Part shown: piece by piece, positions 9,364 through 20,722 of the stretch
Position numbering within the stretch: the first letter of the stretch is position 1
How the letters are laid out: each line of letters opens with the position of its first letter
Assembly: GCA_963785235.1 (NCBI GenBank)
Contig: CAWAUM010000013.1
Span: 128,001-192,000, forward strand
DNA from: an uncultured delta proteobacterium
GTDB lineage: Bacteria > Desulfobacterota > Desulfomonilia > UBA1062
Direction of reading: 5' to 3'
Length of the DNA stretch: 64,000 nucleotides
Position numbers and translations under genes: made by a program
Notes under the pieces: model-generated
The model's input: only the letters and a program-made list of their open reading frames with translations
What the model was told of the DNA's origin: nothing
Database searches by the model: none

Positions 9364-11054
9364 AGGCTATTCAGATCATCCTTCTCGTAATGCTGGCAGG
9401 CATAAGCCTGAGGGCATTCGACCTTCAGGTCATCAATTCCAACCAGATCCTCACAAAGGCCCACAAAAAATTCGATCACGCCGTTGAGCTCAGCCCCTAC
9501 CGGGGGACCATCTTCGACCGTTCAGGACAACCCCTTGCCATCAGCCTGGTGGTCAAGTCCGTGGCCGCCAACCCAAGGATCATAGAGAACCCTGCCAGGG
9601 CCTCATGGCAGCTCTCAAAGGCATTGGGGATCGACAGGAAATACCTGGAAAGAAAACTCAGGGAAAACAGATATTTTGTATGGATCAAGAGACAGGTCAC
9701 ACCCAATGAAGTGGAGGCCATAAAGGCCCTTGAGATAAAGGGCATCGGGTTCTACGACGAACCGAAACGATTCTATCCTGAGAGCGAATCTCTGGCAAAC
9801 CTTATCGGATTTGTCGGCATAGACGGCAAGGGCCTCGAGGGGCTTGAACTCTCTTACGACATGGCCTTGAAGGGTATGGAGCGCAAGATCGATGTGCACA
9901 AAGACGGCATGGGCAGGATCATCTATGCGCGCGGCCTGCAACCAGATGATGCCAAAGACGGCAATACCCTGCGCCTGACCATTGACAAGCGGATCCAATA
10001 CATCGCCTTCCAGGAACTGAAGAAGGCTGTTGCCAGCAACAAGGCACAGTCGGGTTTCGTAATCATCACCAACCCGTCTACAGGAGAAGTACTTGCCCTG
10101 GCATCGAACCCCAGCTTCGACCCGAACAAGGGGTCCTATAACCATCTTTCCGGCCATACAAATATGGCCATTACGCACTCTTTCGAGCCCGGCTCGGTTA
10201 TCAAACCCTTCTGGGTAAGCTGGGGACTGGAAAAGAAGAAATTCAATATCACCAGCAGCATCTTCTGCGAGAACGGTTCTTTCACCTTTCACAGGGTCAC
10301 CATCCACGACCATGAAAAATACGGATGGCTCCCGGTAAATGACATCATTAAATACAGCAGCAATATCGGAATTGCCAAGCTCATGGATAGTATCAGCGCA
10401 GGGGAGATGTACTCCTGCCTGGCGGCCTTTGGTTTTCTCGACGCAACCGGCATCGACTTTCCCGGCGAACCCCAGGGCATGACCCGGGACGCGAGCGCCT
10501 GGACCGGTGTTGACAAGGCCACCATCTCCTTCGGACAAGGGTTTGCAGTTACCGGCATCCAGCTTATCACCGCGTTCAACGCCATGGTCAACGGCGGCAT
10601 GGTCATGAGGCCCTACATGGTTGAACGCATCACTGATGCCAAAAACATCCCTGTCCAGGAGATCAGGCCAACCATCCTAAGAAAGATACTCTCGAAAGAG
10701 GCCTCTGATCAGATTGTGGGCGTTATGAAATCAGTCACGTTAAAGGGCGGCACGGCTGAATCCGCCGGCATGCCGACCTTCCAGGTATTCGGCAAGACCG
10801 GCACTGCACAGAAGATCGACCCATTAACCGGGGCCTATTCAGAAGGTAACTATGTCTCCTCCTTTATCGGCGGGATCATAGACGCTACAGGAAAGACCCG
10901 CCTCACCATGATCGTATGCATCAACGAGCCCAGGCCTTTCTACTATGCAAGCTTAGTAGCTTGCCCTTTGTTTAAGGAAATAGTATCGCAATGCGCTTCA
11001 ATCATGGAGTTAAGCCCGAACATCACGCTGGCCACCAGGGGGAACAGCGGATGA
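9348..11054 (+). CDS. ftsI: Class B penicillin-binding protein FtsI (PBP3)
   Basis: RGTIFDR, RFYP, GLEGLE; SxxK (PGSVIK), SSN and KTGT motifs. Confidence 0.94.
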   Translation: MARRIKAIQIILLVMLAGISLRAFDLQVINSNQILTKAHKKFDHAVELSPYRGTIFDRSGQPLAISLVVKSVAANPRIIENPARASWQLSKALGIDRKYLERKLRENRYFVWIKRQVTPNEVEAIKALEIKGIGFYDEPKRFYPESESLANLIGFVGIDGKGLEGLELSYDMALKGMERKIDVHKDGMGRIIYARGLQPDDAKDGNTLRLTIDKRIQYIAFQELKKAVASNKAQSGFVIITNPSTGEVLALASNPSFDPNKGSYNHLSGHTNMAITHSFEPGSVIKPFWVSWGLEKKKFNITSSIFCENGSFTFHRVTIHDHEKYGWLPVNDIIKYSSNIGIAKLMDSISAGEMYSCLAAFGFLDATGIDFPGEPQGMTRDASAWTGVDKATISFGQGFAVTGIQLITAFNAMVNGGMVMRPYMVERITDAKNIPVQEIRPTILRKILSKEASDQIVGVMKSVTLKGGTAESAGMPTFQVFGKTGTAQKIDPLTGAYSEGNYVSSFIGGIIDATGKTRLTMIVCINEPRPFYYASLVACPLFKEIVSQCASIMELSPNITLATRGNSG

Positions 11055-12502
11055 TGGTATCAGACCTCACTCGCGTACTCCAAGGCTCCATAACGAAAGG
11101 GCCGGACAGGCACTGGGAAACCCTGAAGGCGGATTCCTCCAAAGTCCAGCCTGGCGATGCCTTCATTGCGATTATGGGAAGCACCACCGACGGCCATGAA
11201 TACATCCCTGATGCGCTACGCCGTGGAGCCGTCCTCATCATCTGCAACAGCTCTCACACTGTCGAAGGCACTGATGTAACGGTGGTGGGCGTAGCGGATA
11301 CCAAGGCCGCGCTCAGGATTATCCTGCCAATGCTTTACCCCAAGGCCATGGAGATAAGGATGGTGGGCATAACCGGCACCAACGGCAAGACCACCACTAC
11401 CTATCTCATAGAATCGGTCTTGAACCATGCAGGTATCGCCAGCGGAGTAATGGGCACCATAAACACGCGCTATAAAGGAAAAGAGATCACATCCACCCTT
11501 ACCACACCCGGCCCGGTGGACCTCTTTGAGATGCTGAGCCTGATGCGCATTGCGGGTGTTCAGGCATGTGTCATGGAGGTAAGCTCCCATGCCCTGGATC
11601 AGGACCGGATTGCGGGGCTCACCTTTGAATATGCCCTGTTCACGAACCTCACCCAGGACCACCTGGACTACCACAAAGACATGGAGACCTATTTTCTTGC
11701 AAAGAAAAGGCTCTTCGAGGTCTATCTCGGCGGCAAGGCTATCATTAATATAGATGATACCTATGGAGCCCGGCTCGCAGACACCTTGAAGGGAGCCATT
11801 ACCTACGGGTTCCGTAAAGACGCCCTCATCCACCCCCTTTCCATGGACAACTCTGCAGACGGCCTCACCTTACATATCGCAACCCCCGCAGGCCGGATCT
11901 CCATCAGGAGTGCACTGAAGGGCGAGATGAATGCCTACAACATCATGTCAGCCATTGGTGTCTGCCGTGCCTTTGGCATACCGAACGAGATAATCGCCAA
12001 AGGCATTGAGGCCCTCAAAGGCGTACCAGGCAGGATGGAGTCTGTTGAAAATACCAATGGCCTGAACATCATTGTGGATTATGCCCATACGCCTGATGCC
12101 CTTCATACGGTCTTGAAAAATGCGCGTCAGTTCACAAAAGGGAGGCTTCTGACCGTATTCGGTTGCGGAGGAGACAGGGACAAGACCAAGCGGCCTATCA
12201 TGGGTACCATTGCCGCAGATCTAGCCGACCTGGCAATAATCACCTCGGACAATCCCAGGACCGAAGAGCCCGGGTCCATTATTGAAGACATCCTGAAAGG
12301 TATCCCGGACAGGACAAAGATAATCCTTGAACCTGACAGAAAAGAGGCCATCTGCCGGGCCATTCGGGCCATGGCTGCTGATGACTGCCTTTTGATTGCA
12401 GGCAAGGGTCATGAGGATTATCAGATAATCGGCACGAGGAAGATTTCCTTCGATGACCGTGAGTGCGTCCGCCGCTGCCTTAAGGAGGTTTACGGTCAAT
12501 GA
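11051..12502 (+). CDS. murE: UDP-MurNAc-tripeptide ligase MurE (meso-DAP type)
   Basis: GITGTNGKTT, MEVSSH, DHLDYH, DYAHTPD, GCGGDRD, DNPR and GKGHEDYQ motifs. Confidence 0.96.
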   Translation: MMVSDLTRVLQGSITKGPDRHWETLKADSSKVQPGDAFIAIMGSTTDGHEYIPDALRRGAVLIICNSSHTVEGTDVTVVGVADTKAALRIILPMLYPKAMEIRMVGITGTNGKTTTTYLIESVLNHAGIASGVMGTINTRYKGKEITSTLTTPGPVDLFEMLSLMRIAGVQACVMEVSSHALDQDRIAGLTFEYALFTNLTQDHLDYHKDMETYFLAKKRLFEVYLGGKAIINIDDTYGARLADTLKGAITYGFRKDALIHPLSMDNSADGLTLHIATPAGRISIRSALKGEMNAYNIMSAIGVCRAFGIPNEIIAKGIEALKGVPGRMESVENTNGLNIIVDYAHTPDALHTVLKNARQFTKGRLLTVFGCGGDRDKTKRPIMGTIAADLADLAIITSDNPRTEEPGSIIEDILKGIPDRTKIILEPDRKEAICRAIRAMAADDCLLIAGKGHEDYQIIGTRKISFDDRECVRRCLKEVYGQ

Positions 12503-13869
12503 AGATCAGTGCGCGGGAAATAGCAAACTTCACCGATGGCTACATCCTTTCAGGGGAACCGGAGACGGTCTTTGACGGGATTTCAACAGACTCCAGGAGC
12601 ATCCTGCCGGACCAGCTCTTTATCGCACTGCGTGGAGAGAATTATAACGGCCACGCCTTCATAAAGGATGCAGTTTCACGAGGGGCAACGGGTGTAGTGG
12701 TCATGGAGGATTACCCGAGAAACGGCACTGTCATGATATCCGTTGAGGATACCATGCAGGCCCTGGGTGACATCGCGTTAGGGGTGAGAAATAGGTTCGA
12801 TACGGCCATTATCGGCGTCACCGGATCCACGGGCAAGACTACGGTCAAGGAGTTCTGCGCCTCCATTTTTTCCCTGCAGGGCACGTGTCTGAAGACCGAG
12901 AAGAATTACAACAACCTTATCGGGGTCCCGCTGTCGCTGCTTGCGCTCGGCCCTGAATATGAATTCGCAGTCATCGAGATGGGCACCAACCGGTTCGGGG
13001 AGATAGACCGGCTTTCCTTCATCACCAGGCCGCAGGTCTCCATCATTACCAATATCCATCCCGTTCACCTGAACGGGCTCAGGAGCATCTCGGGTATCAT
13101 TAAAGAGAAGCAGGCCATCTTCAGAAACACCGCCAAATGCGGTATGGCCGTTATCAATCCATCCCTGGAGCACATGGACAAGATCGAGATCCCGAACCAT
13201 CTGCAGATGATCACCTATTCCCACAAGGACAGCGCAGACATCACCTTGACGCATATCGAACACCAGGGGCTCGACGGCAGCGACATCGAGATCGACCTGG
13301 CAGGAAGGCTCATCAAGACCCATGTGCCCCTGCCCGGTATGCATAATGTCATCAACGCCCTTGGGGCATGCGCCTGCGCCGTGGCATTGAACCTTGACCC
13401 CGAGATAATTGCCGAAGGGGTGAGACGCTCGAAGTTCCCTGGCATGCGTTCCGAGATAATCGTATCCGACCACCTCACCATTATCAATGACTGCTACAAT
13501 GCCAATCCTGCATCCATGAAGGCTGCACTGTCCATGCTGGTGGATGCCCCCCATTCCATCAAGGTTGCCGTGCTTGGCGATATGCTGGAACTCGGCAAGG
13601 ACACACAGTTCTGGCACGAGGAGCTTGGAAAATGGGTGGCCGAGTCCAAATTGGACAGGCTCATCTGCATTGGCGAGATGGCGCATTTTGTCTGTGATAA
13701 GGCTTCGATAGGGGGCATGGAAAATACCTGTATCTACCCGGTGCAGAAGATGGATGAGATCCTCTACCATCTCCAGGATCTCTTTGACAAGGATGCCATG
13801 GTGCTCATAAAGGCATCCAGGGCCCTGAAACTCGACCAGGTGGTCAACCAGCTCAAGGCGGTGGCTTAA
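12499..13869 (+). CDS. murF: MurF ligase
   Basis: STDSR, GVTGSTGKTTVKE, NNLIGVP, DCYNANPASM, LGDMLELG and KASR motifs. Confidence 0.96.
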   Translation: MKISAREIANFTDGYILSGEPETVFDGISTDSRSILPDQLFIALRGENYNGHAFIKDAVSRGATGVVVMEDYPRNGTVMISVEDTMQALGDIALGVRNRFDTAIIGVTGSTGKTTVKEFCASIFSLQGTCLKTEKNYNNLIGVPLSLLALGPEYEFAVIEMGTNRFGEIDRLSFITRPQVSIITNIHPVHLNGLRSISGIIKEKQAIFRNTAKCGMAVINPSLEHMDKIEIPNHLQMITYSHKDSADITLTHIEHQGLDGSDIEIDLAGRLIKTHVPLPGMHNVINALGACACAVALNLDPEIIAEGVRRSKFPGMRSEIIVSDHLTIINDCYNANPASMKAALSMLVDAPHSIKVAVLGDMLELGKDTQFWHEELGKWVAESKLDRLICIGEMAHFVCDKASIGGMENTCIYPVQKMDEILYHLQDLFDKDAMVLIKASRALKLDQVVNQLKAVA

Positions 13870-13871
13870 GG

Positions 13872-14952
13872 ATGCTCTATTACCTCCTCTACCCCCTGCA
13901 CACCACCATCAGCCTCTTCAATGTCTTCAAGTACATCACCTTCAGAACCATCTATGCCACCATCACGGCCCTGCTTATTACCCTGCTGCTGGGACCGTGG
14001 TTCATTGAGAAGCTCAACAACTTGAGGCTCAAGGAACGTATAAACGGGAACACGCCTTCCACACACAAGGTAAAATCCGGCACGCCGACCATGGGCGGGG
14101 TTTTAATCGCGTGTGCAATCGTGTTTTCCACCCTTATGTGGGCTGACCTGTTCAATATCTATATATGGCTCGGTATGGCGATCCTTGTATCCTATGCCGC
14201 GCTTGGGATTTATTGATGATTACATGAAGACGGTCAAGGGCAACATGCGTGGACTGCCCGGACGCCTGCGCCTGCTCGTGGAGTTCGCCGTGGCGGCAGC
14301 CGTGGGTATTGCACTCATGAGCACCCCGGGCTTCAACGACACCGTCACGTTCCCTTTCTTCAAACGACTCCACCTTGACCTCGGTCCGTTCTATATCCCC
14401 TTTGTCATGGTGGTCATCGTGGGCATGGCCAATGCCGTCAATCTCACGGACGGTCTCGACGGACTGGCCATCGGCCCATGCACCATTGCTGCGGCAACCT
14501 ATATCGTCTTCGCTTATGTCATAGGCAACTTCAAGGCAGCCACCTATCTTCAGATCCCTTTCATAGCAGGCGTGGGCGAATTGAGCGTCTTTCTCGGGGC
14601 ACTGGTGGGGGCCGGCATGGGCTTTCTGTGGTACAACGCCTATCCTGCCCAGATGTTTATGGGTGATGTGGGCTCATTGAGCCTGGGCGGGATCCTCGGG
14701 GCTGTTGCCGTCATGACCAAGCAGGAGATGCTCCTCTTAATCGTAGGGGGCATCTTTTTCATGGAAGTGCTCTCGGTCATCCTTCAGGTGGGTTTCTTCA
14801 AGTTCACAAAAGGCAAGCGGATATTCCGCATGGCCCCCATACACCATCACTTCGAGCTGAAGGGCTGGGCGGAACCCAAGATAATCGTCAGGTTCTGGAT
14901 CATATCCATATTCCTTGCAATGGTAGCGATATCAACCTTAAAACTGAGGTGA
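13872..14952 (+). CDS. mraY: MraY translocase; 1-bp frameshift near 14207 (probable assembly error)
   Basis: ORFs 13872-14216 (GTPTMGG) and 14113-14952 ([35 protein letters not shown]) join by removing one G. Confidence 0.93.
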
Positions 14953-14957
14953 GACCT

Positions 14958-15092
14958 ATGCAGAATGCTTATGAGGAGATTAATTACCTGCAGATGCTCC
15001 TAGGCATCTACCTGGAGCATGAGGACAAGGGACTGGCATTGCTCATCATGCAGATACAGCAGAGACTGGAGGGACTTAAAGTGTGCGCATAG
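14958..15092 (+). CDS. Unannotated 44-aa small protein between mraY and murD
   Basis: ATG at 14958 after a GAGGTG SD overlapping the mraY stop; MQNAYEEINYLQMLLGIYLEHEDKGLALLIMQIQQRLEGLKVCA*; its 3' end overlaps the murD start. Confidence 0.6.
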   Translation: MQNAYEEINYLQMLLGIYLEHEDKGLALLIMQIQQRLEGLKVCA

Positions 15093-16378
15093 TTGTCTGG
15101 GGAACAGGTATTACGGGCATCATGGCAGCACGCATGATGATTGCGAAAGGCCACGAGGTACGCCTGGTGGACGAGAAGATGCCGGTAAAGCCCCTGGATA
15201 TATCCGTCAAGCTCCTGGAGGAACAGGATATGCACTGGGCTGAGCTCGTGATTCCAAGCCCCGGGGTTCCCCAGCATCATCCAATGCTTCAGAAAGCCAA
15301 GCAGGTGCTATCCGAGATCGAGGTCGCGGCATCATTTCTTTCAGGAAAGCTCATCGCCATCACCGGCACCAATGGAAAGACCACTACGACGACACTTATC
15401 CACAAAATCCTGAAGGCTCAAGGCTTTGATGCCGGCATAGGCGGAAACATCTCACCACCGCTCATCTCCCTGGTGGATGCCGACCCTGACTATGTTGTAG
15501 CCGAGATCAGCTCTTTCCAGCTTGAGTGGATCGAGCGCTTCAGACCATTTATCAGCATATGCATGAACATCACATCTGACCACCTGGACCGGTATCGTAC
15601 CATGGACGAGTACGTATATTACAAACTCAGGATATTTGAAAACCAGACGCCTGCTGATATCGCCATTATCAACGACGACGACCCCTATTTGAAGGGTATC
15701 CCCTTAAAGGCCCGGCGGGTCCTCTTCTCCATGACACATCCGGTCTCAGGGGACGGCGCCTATATCAAGGATTCGAAAATAGTCTTCACCGGCAGCATTG
15801 CAGGTATTGGTCCGAAGGTTCCGCCGCCGGAAAAGATCGGCGGAGGGGTCATTGAGGATATGCTGGCAACTGCCCTGGCCGGGCGGTTCCTTGGTGTTGA
15901 AACCTCGATCATGGAGGATGTTTTCCTGGGCTTCAAGGTAATCCACCACCGGTTCGAGTACGTGAACACCATTAATGGCGTCACCTTTATCGACGACTCC
16001 AAGGCCACCAACGTGGGGGCACTGGATAAGGCACTATCCACGCTGACCTCCAAGGTCATCCTCATATTAGGAGGAAAGGACAAGGGCGGAGATTTCTCGG
16101 AAATTGCACAAAGATATAAAAATACCATCAAGAAGGCATACCTCATGGGAGAGGCAAAAACCCGTATTGAAGGCGAAATCGCTGATATCGTGGACACGGG
16201 CATGGCCCAAGACATGCTTGAGGCGGTAACACAGGCGTACTTAGGTGCAACACCGGGCGATATAGTCCTGTTAAGCCCGGGTTGCGCAAGTTTTGACATG
16301 TTCAACAGCTATGCACACAGGGGAGAGGTCTTCCAGGAATGCGTCTATGGCCTTTTAAAGAACAAGAGCGAGAGATAG
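15083..16378 (+). CDS. murD: MurD ligase
   Basis: SPGVP, ITGTNGKTTTT, EISSFQL, DHLDRY, DDSKATN and LLSPGCASFDMF motifs. Confidence 0.96.
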   Translation: MRIVVWGTGITGIMAARMMIAKGHEVRLVDEKMPVKPLDISVKLLEEQDMHWAELVIPSPGVPQHHPMLQKAKQVLSEIEVAASFLSGKLIAITGTNGKTTTTTLIHKILKAQGFDAGIGGNISPPLISLVDADPDYVVAEISSFQLEWIERFRPFISICMNITSDHLDRYRTMDEYVYYKLRIFENQTPADIAIINDDDPYLKGIPLKARRVLFSMTHPVSGDGAYIKDSKIVFTGSIAGIGPKVPPPEKIGGGVIEDMLATALAGRFLGVETSIMEDVFLGFKVIHHRFEYVNTINGVTFIDDSKATNVGALDKALSTLTSKVILILGGKDKGGDFSEIAQRYKNTIKKAYLMGEAKTRIEGEIADIVDTGMAQDMLEAVTQAYLGATPGDIVLLSPGCASFDMFNSYAHRGEVFQECVYGLLKNKSER

Positions 16379-17467
16379 ACTTCGACGTCATCTTCTTTCT
16401 CGCCACCATGGCCCTCTTGATACTGGGGACCGTGATGATATTCTCATCGAGCTATTTTGTTTCGAAAGAACTCTATGGCAATGGCATCGCTATGACCAAA
16501 AAGCACCTCATCCATGTGGTACTTGGCACTCTGGCAATGCTTGGCATCATGAGCTATGATTACCGACGTTTAAGTTCCGGAAAAACCATCCTCTTTACCC
16601 TGCTGGGAAGCGCTGTTGCCCTGGTTCTGTGTTTTATACCGGGAATCGGACATGCCGGGGGTCACTCGAGACGGTGGATCGGGTTCAGCCCCTTCATCTT
16701 TCAGGCATCCGAACTGGCCAAGATAGCCCTTATCCTCTTTATTGCCAATTTCCTCTCAAGGAAGTCTCGAAACATCGGCGACTTCGCGAAGGGTCCTTTG
16801 CCGGTGCTTGCCAGTTGTGGCTGTCATGTGCGCCCTCATCTTTATTGAACCGGACTTCGGAACTGCAGCGGCTATCGGTATCTGGTCCGTTATGCTCCTC
16901 TTCATGGCAGGGATGAGATGGAGACACCTGTTGATCCTCATGGGTATAGGCATCCCCATAGGCCTTGTTGCCATGTTGTGGGAATCCTACCGCCGTGCAA
17001 GGCTCACGATCTTTCTGGACCCCTGGAAAGACATGCTGGGTTGCGGCTATCAGATTGTCCAGTCCATGGTCGCCTTTGCCACGGGCGGATTCTTCGGCTC
17101 AGGACTCGGCGAGGGAACCCAGAAGCTCTTCTACCTGCCTGCGCCCCATACGGACTTTATCCTTTCCGTTATCGGAGAGGAGCTTGGCTTCATAGGGGTC
17201 TTTGTTGTAGCAGCCCTCTTCGCCATCTGGATATGGAGGGGTTTCACCATTGCCCAGGCAACAAACGACTCCTTCGGATTTCACCTGGTCATAGCCTCTG
17301 TCTGTCTTATCGGGCTGCAGGCATGCCTTAACATGGGCGTTGCACTCTCGCTGCTTCCAACCAAAGGTATCCCCCTGCCCTTTTTCAGTTACGGCGGATC
17401 GCCGCTGCTCAGCACCATGTGCATCTGCGGGATTGTCCTTTCGGTATCGAGGAGGGCCCGCCTATGA
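16339..17467 (+). CDS. ftsW: FtsW SEDS glycosyltransferase; 1-bp frameshift near 16812
   Basis: SRRWI...QASELAK in the first ORF; EPDFGT, YQIVQS, LPAPHTDFI and PTKGIPLPFFSYGGS in the second. Confidence 0.92.
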
Positions 17468-18522
17468 AGGTGCTCATTACGGCAGGGGGTACAGGCGGAC
17501 ACATCATGCCGGCTGTTGCCATTGCAGAAGCCATCCGTGAGATAATGCCCGGGGCAAAGGTCCTCTTTGTGGGAACGGACCGGGGCATGGAGGAGCGTAT
17601 TGCCGGGCTTAAGGGGCTGGACTTCATCCCCATAAAGGCCCTTGGTATCAAGGGGAAATCGCTGACCAACCTGCTACTGGCCATCATGGTGAATCTGAAG
17701 GCATTTCTCGCTTCTATGAGGATCATCAAAGATTTCAGACCCGCATGGGTAATAGGAACCGGAGGGTACATCACGGGAATGGTAGTGCTCTCAGGAAGGA
17801 TACTGGGATGCAACTGCGCCATCCAGGAGCAGAACAGCATCCCGGGGCTCACCAACAGGCTCCTTGCCAGGATAGCCCACCGGATCTTCCTGGCCTTTCC
17901 TGACACATCGGGATGTTTTCCCGAGTCCAGGACCCTGCTCACCGGGAACCCCTTACGGAAAGAGCTTGCAGTATGCAAGCACAGCGGGAACGGATCGTAT
18001 CTACTCATTTTGGGCGGGAGCCTTGGTGCGAGCAGCATTAACAAGGCTGCGGTAAAGGCGTTGAAAATCCTCAAGGATGAGGGAATCGACATCAAGGTCA
18101 TCCACCAGAGCGGCAAACAGGATTTTGAGCTGGTCAAGGATGCATACCAGAACATGGACATAGATGCAGATGTGAGTGCATTCATCGACGATATGGCGTC
18201 TGCCTACAGCGGAGCACTGCTCGCACTATCCAGATGCGGCGGCATTACGCTGTCCGAGCTTTCGGCTTTTGGGATACCGGCTATCATGGTGCCCTTTCCC
18301 CATGCCACGGATGACCATCAGACTTTTAATGGCAGATATGTCGCGGGTCAGGGCGGTGGCTGGCTTATCCCCGAGCCCGATCTGACTCCCAAACGCCTGG
18401 CACTCGAGATCAATGCCAGGCTCAGCAACCTCTCAGAGTTGAAAAAGGCATCGGATAATATGAGACGTATCGGCCTGGGTAAAGGGGCCGACACAATCGC
18501 AAGGGAGATCTTACGTGTTTAG
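17464..18522 (+). CDS. murG: MurG glycosyltransferase
   Basis: GGTGGHI, GTGGY, EQNSIPGLTNR, GGSLGA and DDHQTFN motifs. Confidence 0.96.
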   Translation: MKVLITAGGTGGHIMPAVAIAEAIREIMPGAKVLFVGTDRGMEERIAGLKGLDFIPIKALGIKGKSLTNLLLAIMVNLKAFLASMRIIKDFRPAWVIGTGGYITGMVVLSGRILGCNCAIQEQNSIPGLTNRLLARIAHRIFLAFPDTSGCFPESRTLLTGNPLRKELAVCKHSGNGSYLLILGGSLGASSINKAAVKALKILKDEGIDIKVIHQSGKQDFELVKDAYQNMDIDADVSAFIDDMASAYSGALLALSRCGGITLSELSAFGIPAIMVPFPHATDDHQTFNGRYVAGQGGGWLIPEPDLTPKRLALEINARLSNLSELKKASDNMRRIGLGKGADTIAREILRV

Positions 18523-19886
18523 AGGTATTACCAGGATCCATTTTGTAGGTATCGGCGGCATCGGTATGAGCGGCATCGCCGAACTCCTGATCAACCTCGG
18601 CTTTTGCATAACCGGCTCCGATGTTGCCGAATCCGATGTCGTAGGGCGCCTGCGCACCCTGGGGGCTATCATTCACATCGGCCATAACGGCCAGAACATC
18701 GGCAATGCCCAGGTGGTAGTCTATTCATCTGCCGTGGGGCTCGACAACCCGGAGTGCGTTGCCGCCAAGGACTCTGCGCTGCCTGTCATCCCGAGGGCCG
18801 AGATGCTCGCCGAGCTCATGCGCATGAAGTTCTCCATTGCCATTGCCGGAACACACGGCAAAACCACCACGACCTCCATGCTGGCCACCATCCTGGCCAT
18901 GGCGGGGAAAGACCCCACAGCCATCATCGGCGGCAAGCTCGACATGTTCGGGTCCAATGCCAGGCTTGGTGAAGGGGAACTCCTGGTGGCCGAGGCGGAC
19001 GAGAGCGACCGGTCCTTCCTCAAGCTGGCGCCCATCGTGGCAGTGGTAACCAATATCGAAGAAGAGCACATGGACTGCTACCGCGATATCGATGACATCC
19101 GCGACACCTATGTGCAGTTTCTCAACAAGGTCCCGTTCTTCGGGTTCAACATGATCTGCCTGGACGATGCGAATATTCAGCACATCATGCCCAGGCTCGA
19201 ACGCAAGGTAATCACCTACGGATCTCATACCCAGGCCACATACCGCTATAGTGAACCTTGTTTCACCGGATTTGAGACCACGTTCACTGCCCACCTGGGT
19301 GACAAAGTCCTGGGCGAGGTGACTCCTGGGCGTGCCGGGAAAGCACAACTGCCTGAATGCGCTGGCAGCCATAGGCACTGCCCTGGAACTCGGCATCGAT
19401 TTCGAGCTCATCAAGAAAGGTCTTTGCACCTTCAAAGGTGTCCAGAGGAGATGCCATGTCCGGGGAGAAAAAAACGGTATCACGGTCATGGACGACTACG
19501 GCCACCACCCCACCGAAATCAGGATGACACTTGCAGCCATCAAGAACGGGTTCCCGAACCGCCGGGTGATCGCGGTGTTCCAGCCTCACCGTTACAGCCG
19601 CACCAGGGACCTCTTCGAGGACTTCGTCAACTCCTTCTACGATGCATCGAGACTCTACATCACCGAGATCTACCCGGCATCCGAAAAACCCATCGAGGGG
19701 GTAACGGGTTATGCCCTGTTCGAAGAGATAAAGAATCACGGCTACCGGGAGGCCTATTATGTGGAGAACAAGGAAGATATCCCTGACGCACTTATGGACG
19801 AGCTCAAGGCCGATGACCTTCTCATCTTCCTGGGTGCAGGGGATGTCTGGAGGCAGGGGCTCAAGGTATTAGAGAGGCTTGGATGA
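18515..19886 (+). CDS. murC: MurC ligase; 1-bp frameshift near 19327
   Basis: HFVGIGGIGMSG, GTHGKTTT and EADESD; second ORF has DDYGHHPTEI and FQPHRYSRT. Confidence 0.93.
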
Positions 19887-20722
19887 GGATGATCGAAGCG
19901 GTTCAGGCGCAAAATATTACCTCCATGCACTGCGGGGGAACCATCGATTGCATCTATGAGCCCGAGAACATTTCCGAGCTTTTGCAACTCATCAGGGAGG
20001 TCAAGGACTTCCATGTCTTAGGCGGTGGAACCAACACTATTTTCGAAGATACAGCAATTGCAAAGCCCATAATCCACCTGGGCAAGGAGTTCGCCGGAAT
20101 CGATACCATACCGTCGGGAATCCACGCAGGCGTAGGAGTGCCCATGAAACGGCTCGTATCCTACTGTGTAACAAAAGGCCTGTCAGGCATCGAATTTATG
20201 GCGGGTATTCCAGGCCAGTTGGGCGGCGCGCTCTTCATGAACGCCGGAACCCCGGAAAAGGGAATCCTCGATGCCGTCATGGAGCTTGAGGTTGTGGACA
20301 GCTCAGGCATTCATACCATGAGGCCTCAAGATCTCCATTACAGCTACCGCACGAGCGGCATGCCGGACAAAACGGTGATCACCTCTGCAAAAATTGCATT
20401 GAGCTCTTTGACAAAAGAGGCGGTACGCAACACCGTACTGCCATACATTATGAAGAAACGCAGCCAGCCGCGAGGCTTCAACAGCGGCTCCATGTTCAAG
20501 AATCCTTCGGGCATGCCTGCAGGCATGCTTATCGAGAAGGCCGGCCTCAAAGGTTTTAGAGTCGGCGGGGCTTTTGTGTCAGAGATCCATGCAAATTTCA
20601 TCATCAATGATGGCACTGCCACTACCAGGGACATTCAAGAGTTGATCAGGATCATCAAGGACAAAGTCAGGGCCCGCTTCGGGATAGAGCTCACCGAGGA
20701 GGTAAAGATCATTGGTCAGTGA
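19883..20722 (+). CDS. murB: UDP-N-acetylenolpyruvoylglucosamine reductase MurB
   Basis: LGGGTN, GIPGQLGGALFMNAG, SGSMFKNP and HANFIIN motifs. Confidence 0.93.
   Translation: MRMIEAVQAQNITSMHCGGTIDCIYEPENISELLQLIREVKDFHVLGGGTNTIFEDTAIAKPIIHLGKEFAGIDTIPSGIHAGVGVPMKRLVSYCVTKGLSGIEFMAGIPGQLGGALFMNAGTPEKGILDAVMELEVVDSSGIHTMRPQDLHYSYRTSGMPDKTVITSAKIALSSLTKEAVRNTVLPYIMKKRSQPRGFNSGSMFKNPSGMPAGMLIEKAGLKGFRVGGAFVSEIHANFIINDGTATTRDIQELIRIIKDKVRARFGIELTEEVKIIGQ

Noticed and set aside
13872-19886. mraY, ftsW and murC as pseudogenes or programmed frameshifts
   Set aside because: These are essential genes in an otherwise intact dcw cluster. Single-base indels restore each one and I saw no slippery-site signal, so sequencing error is the simpler explanation.
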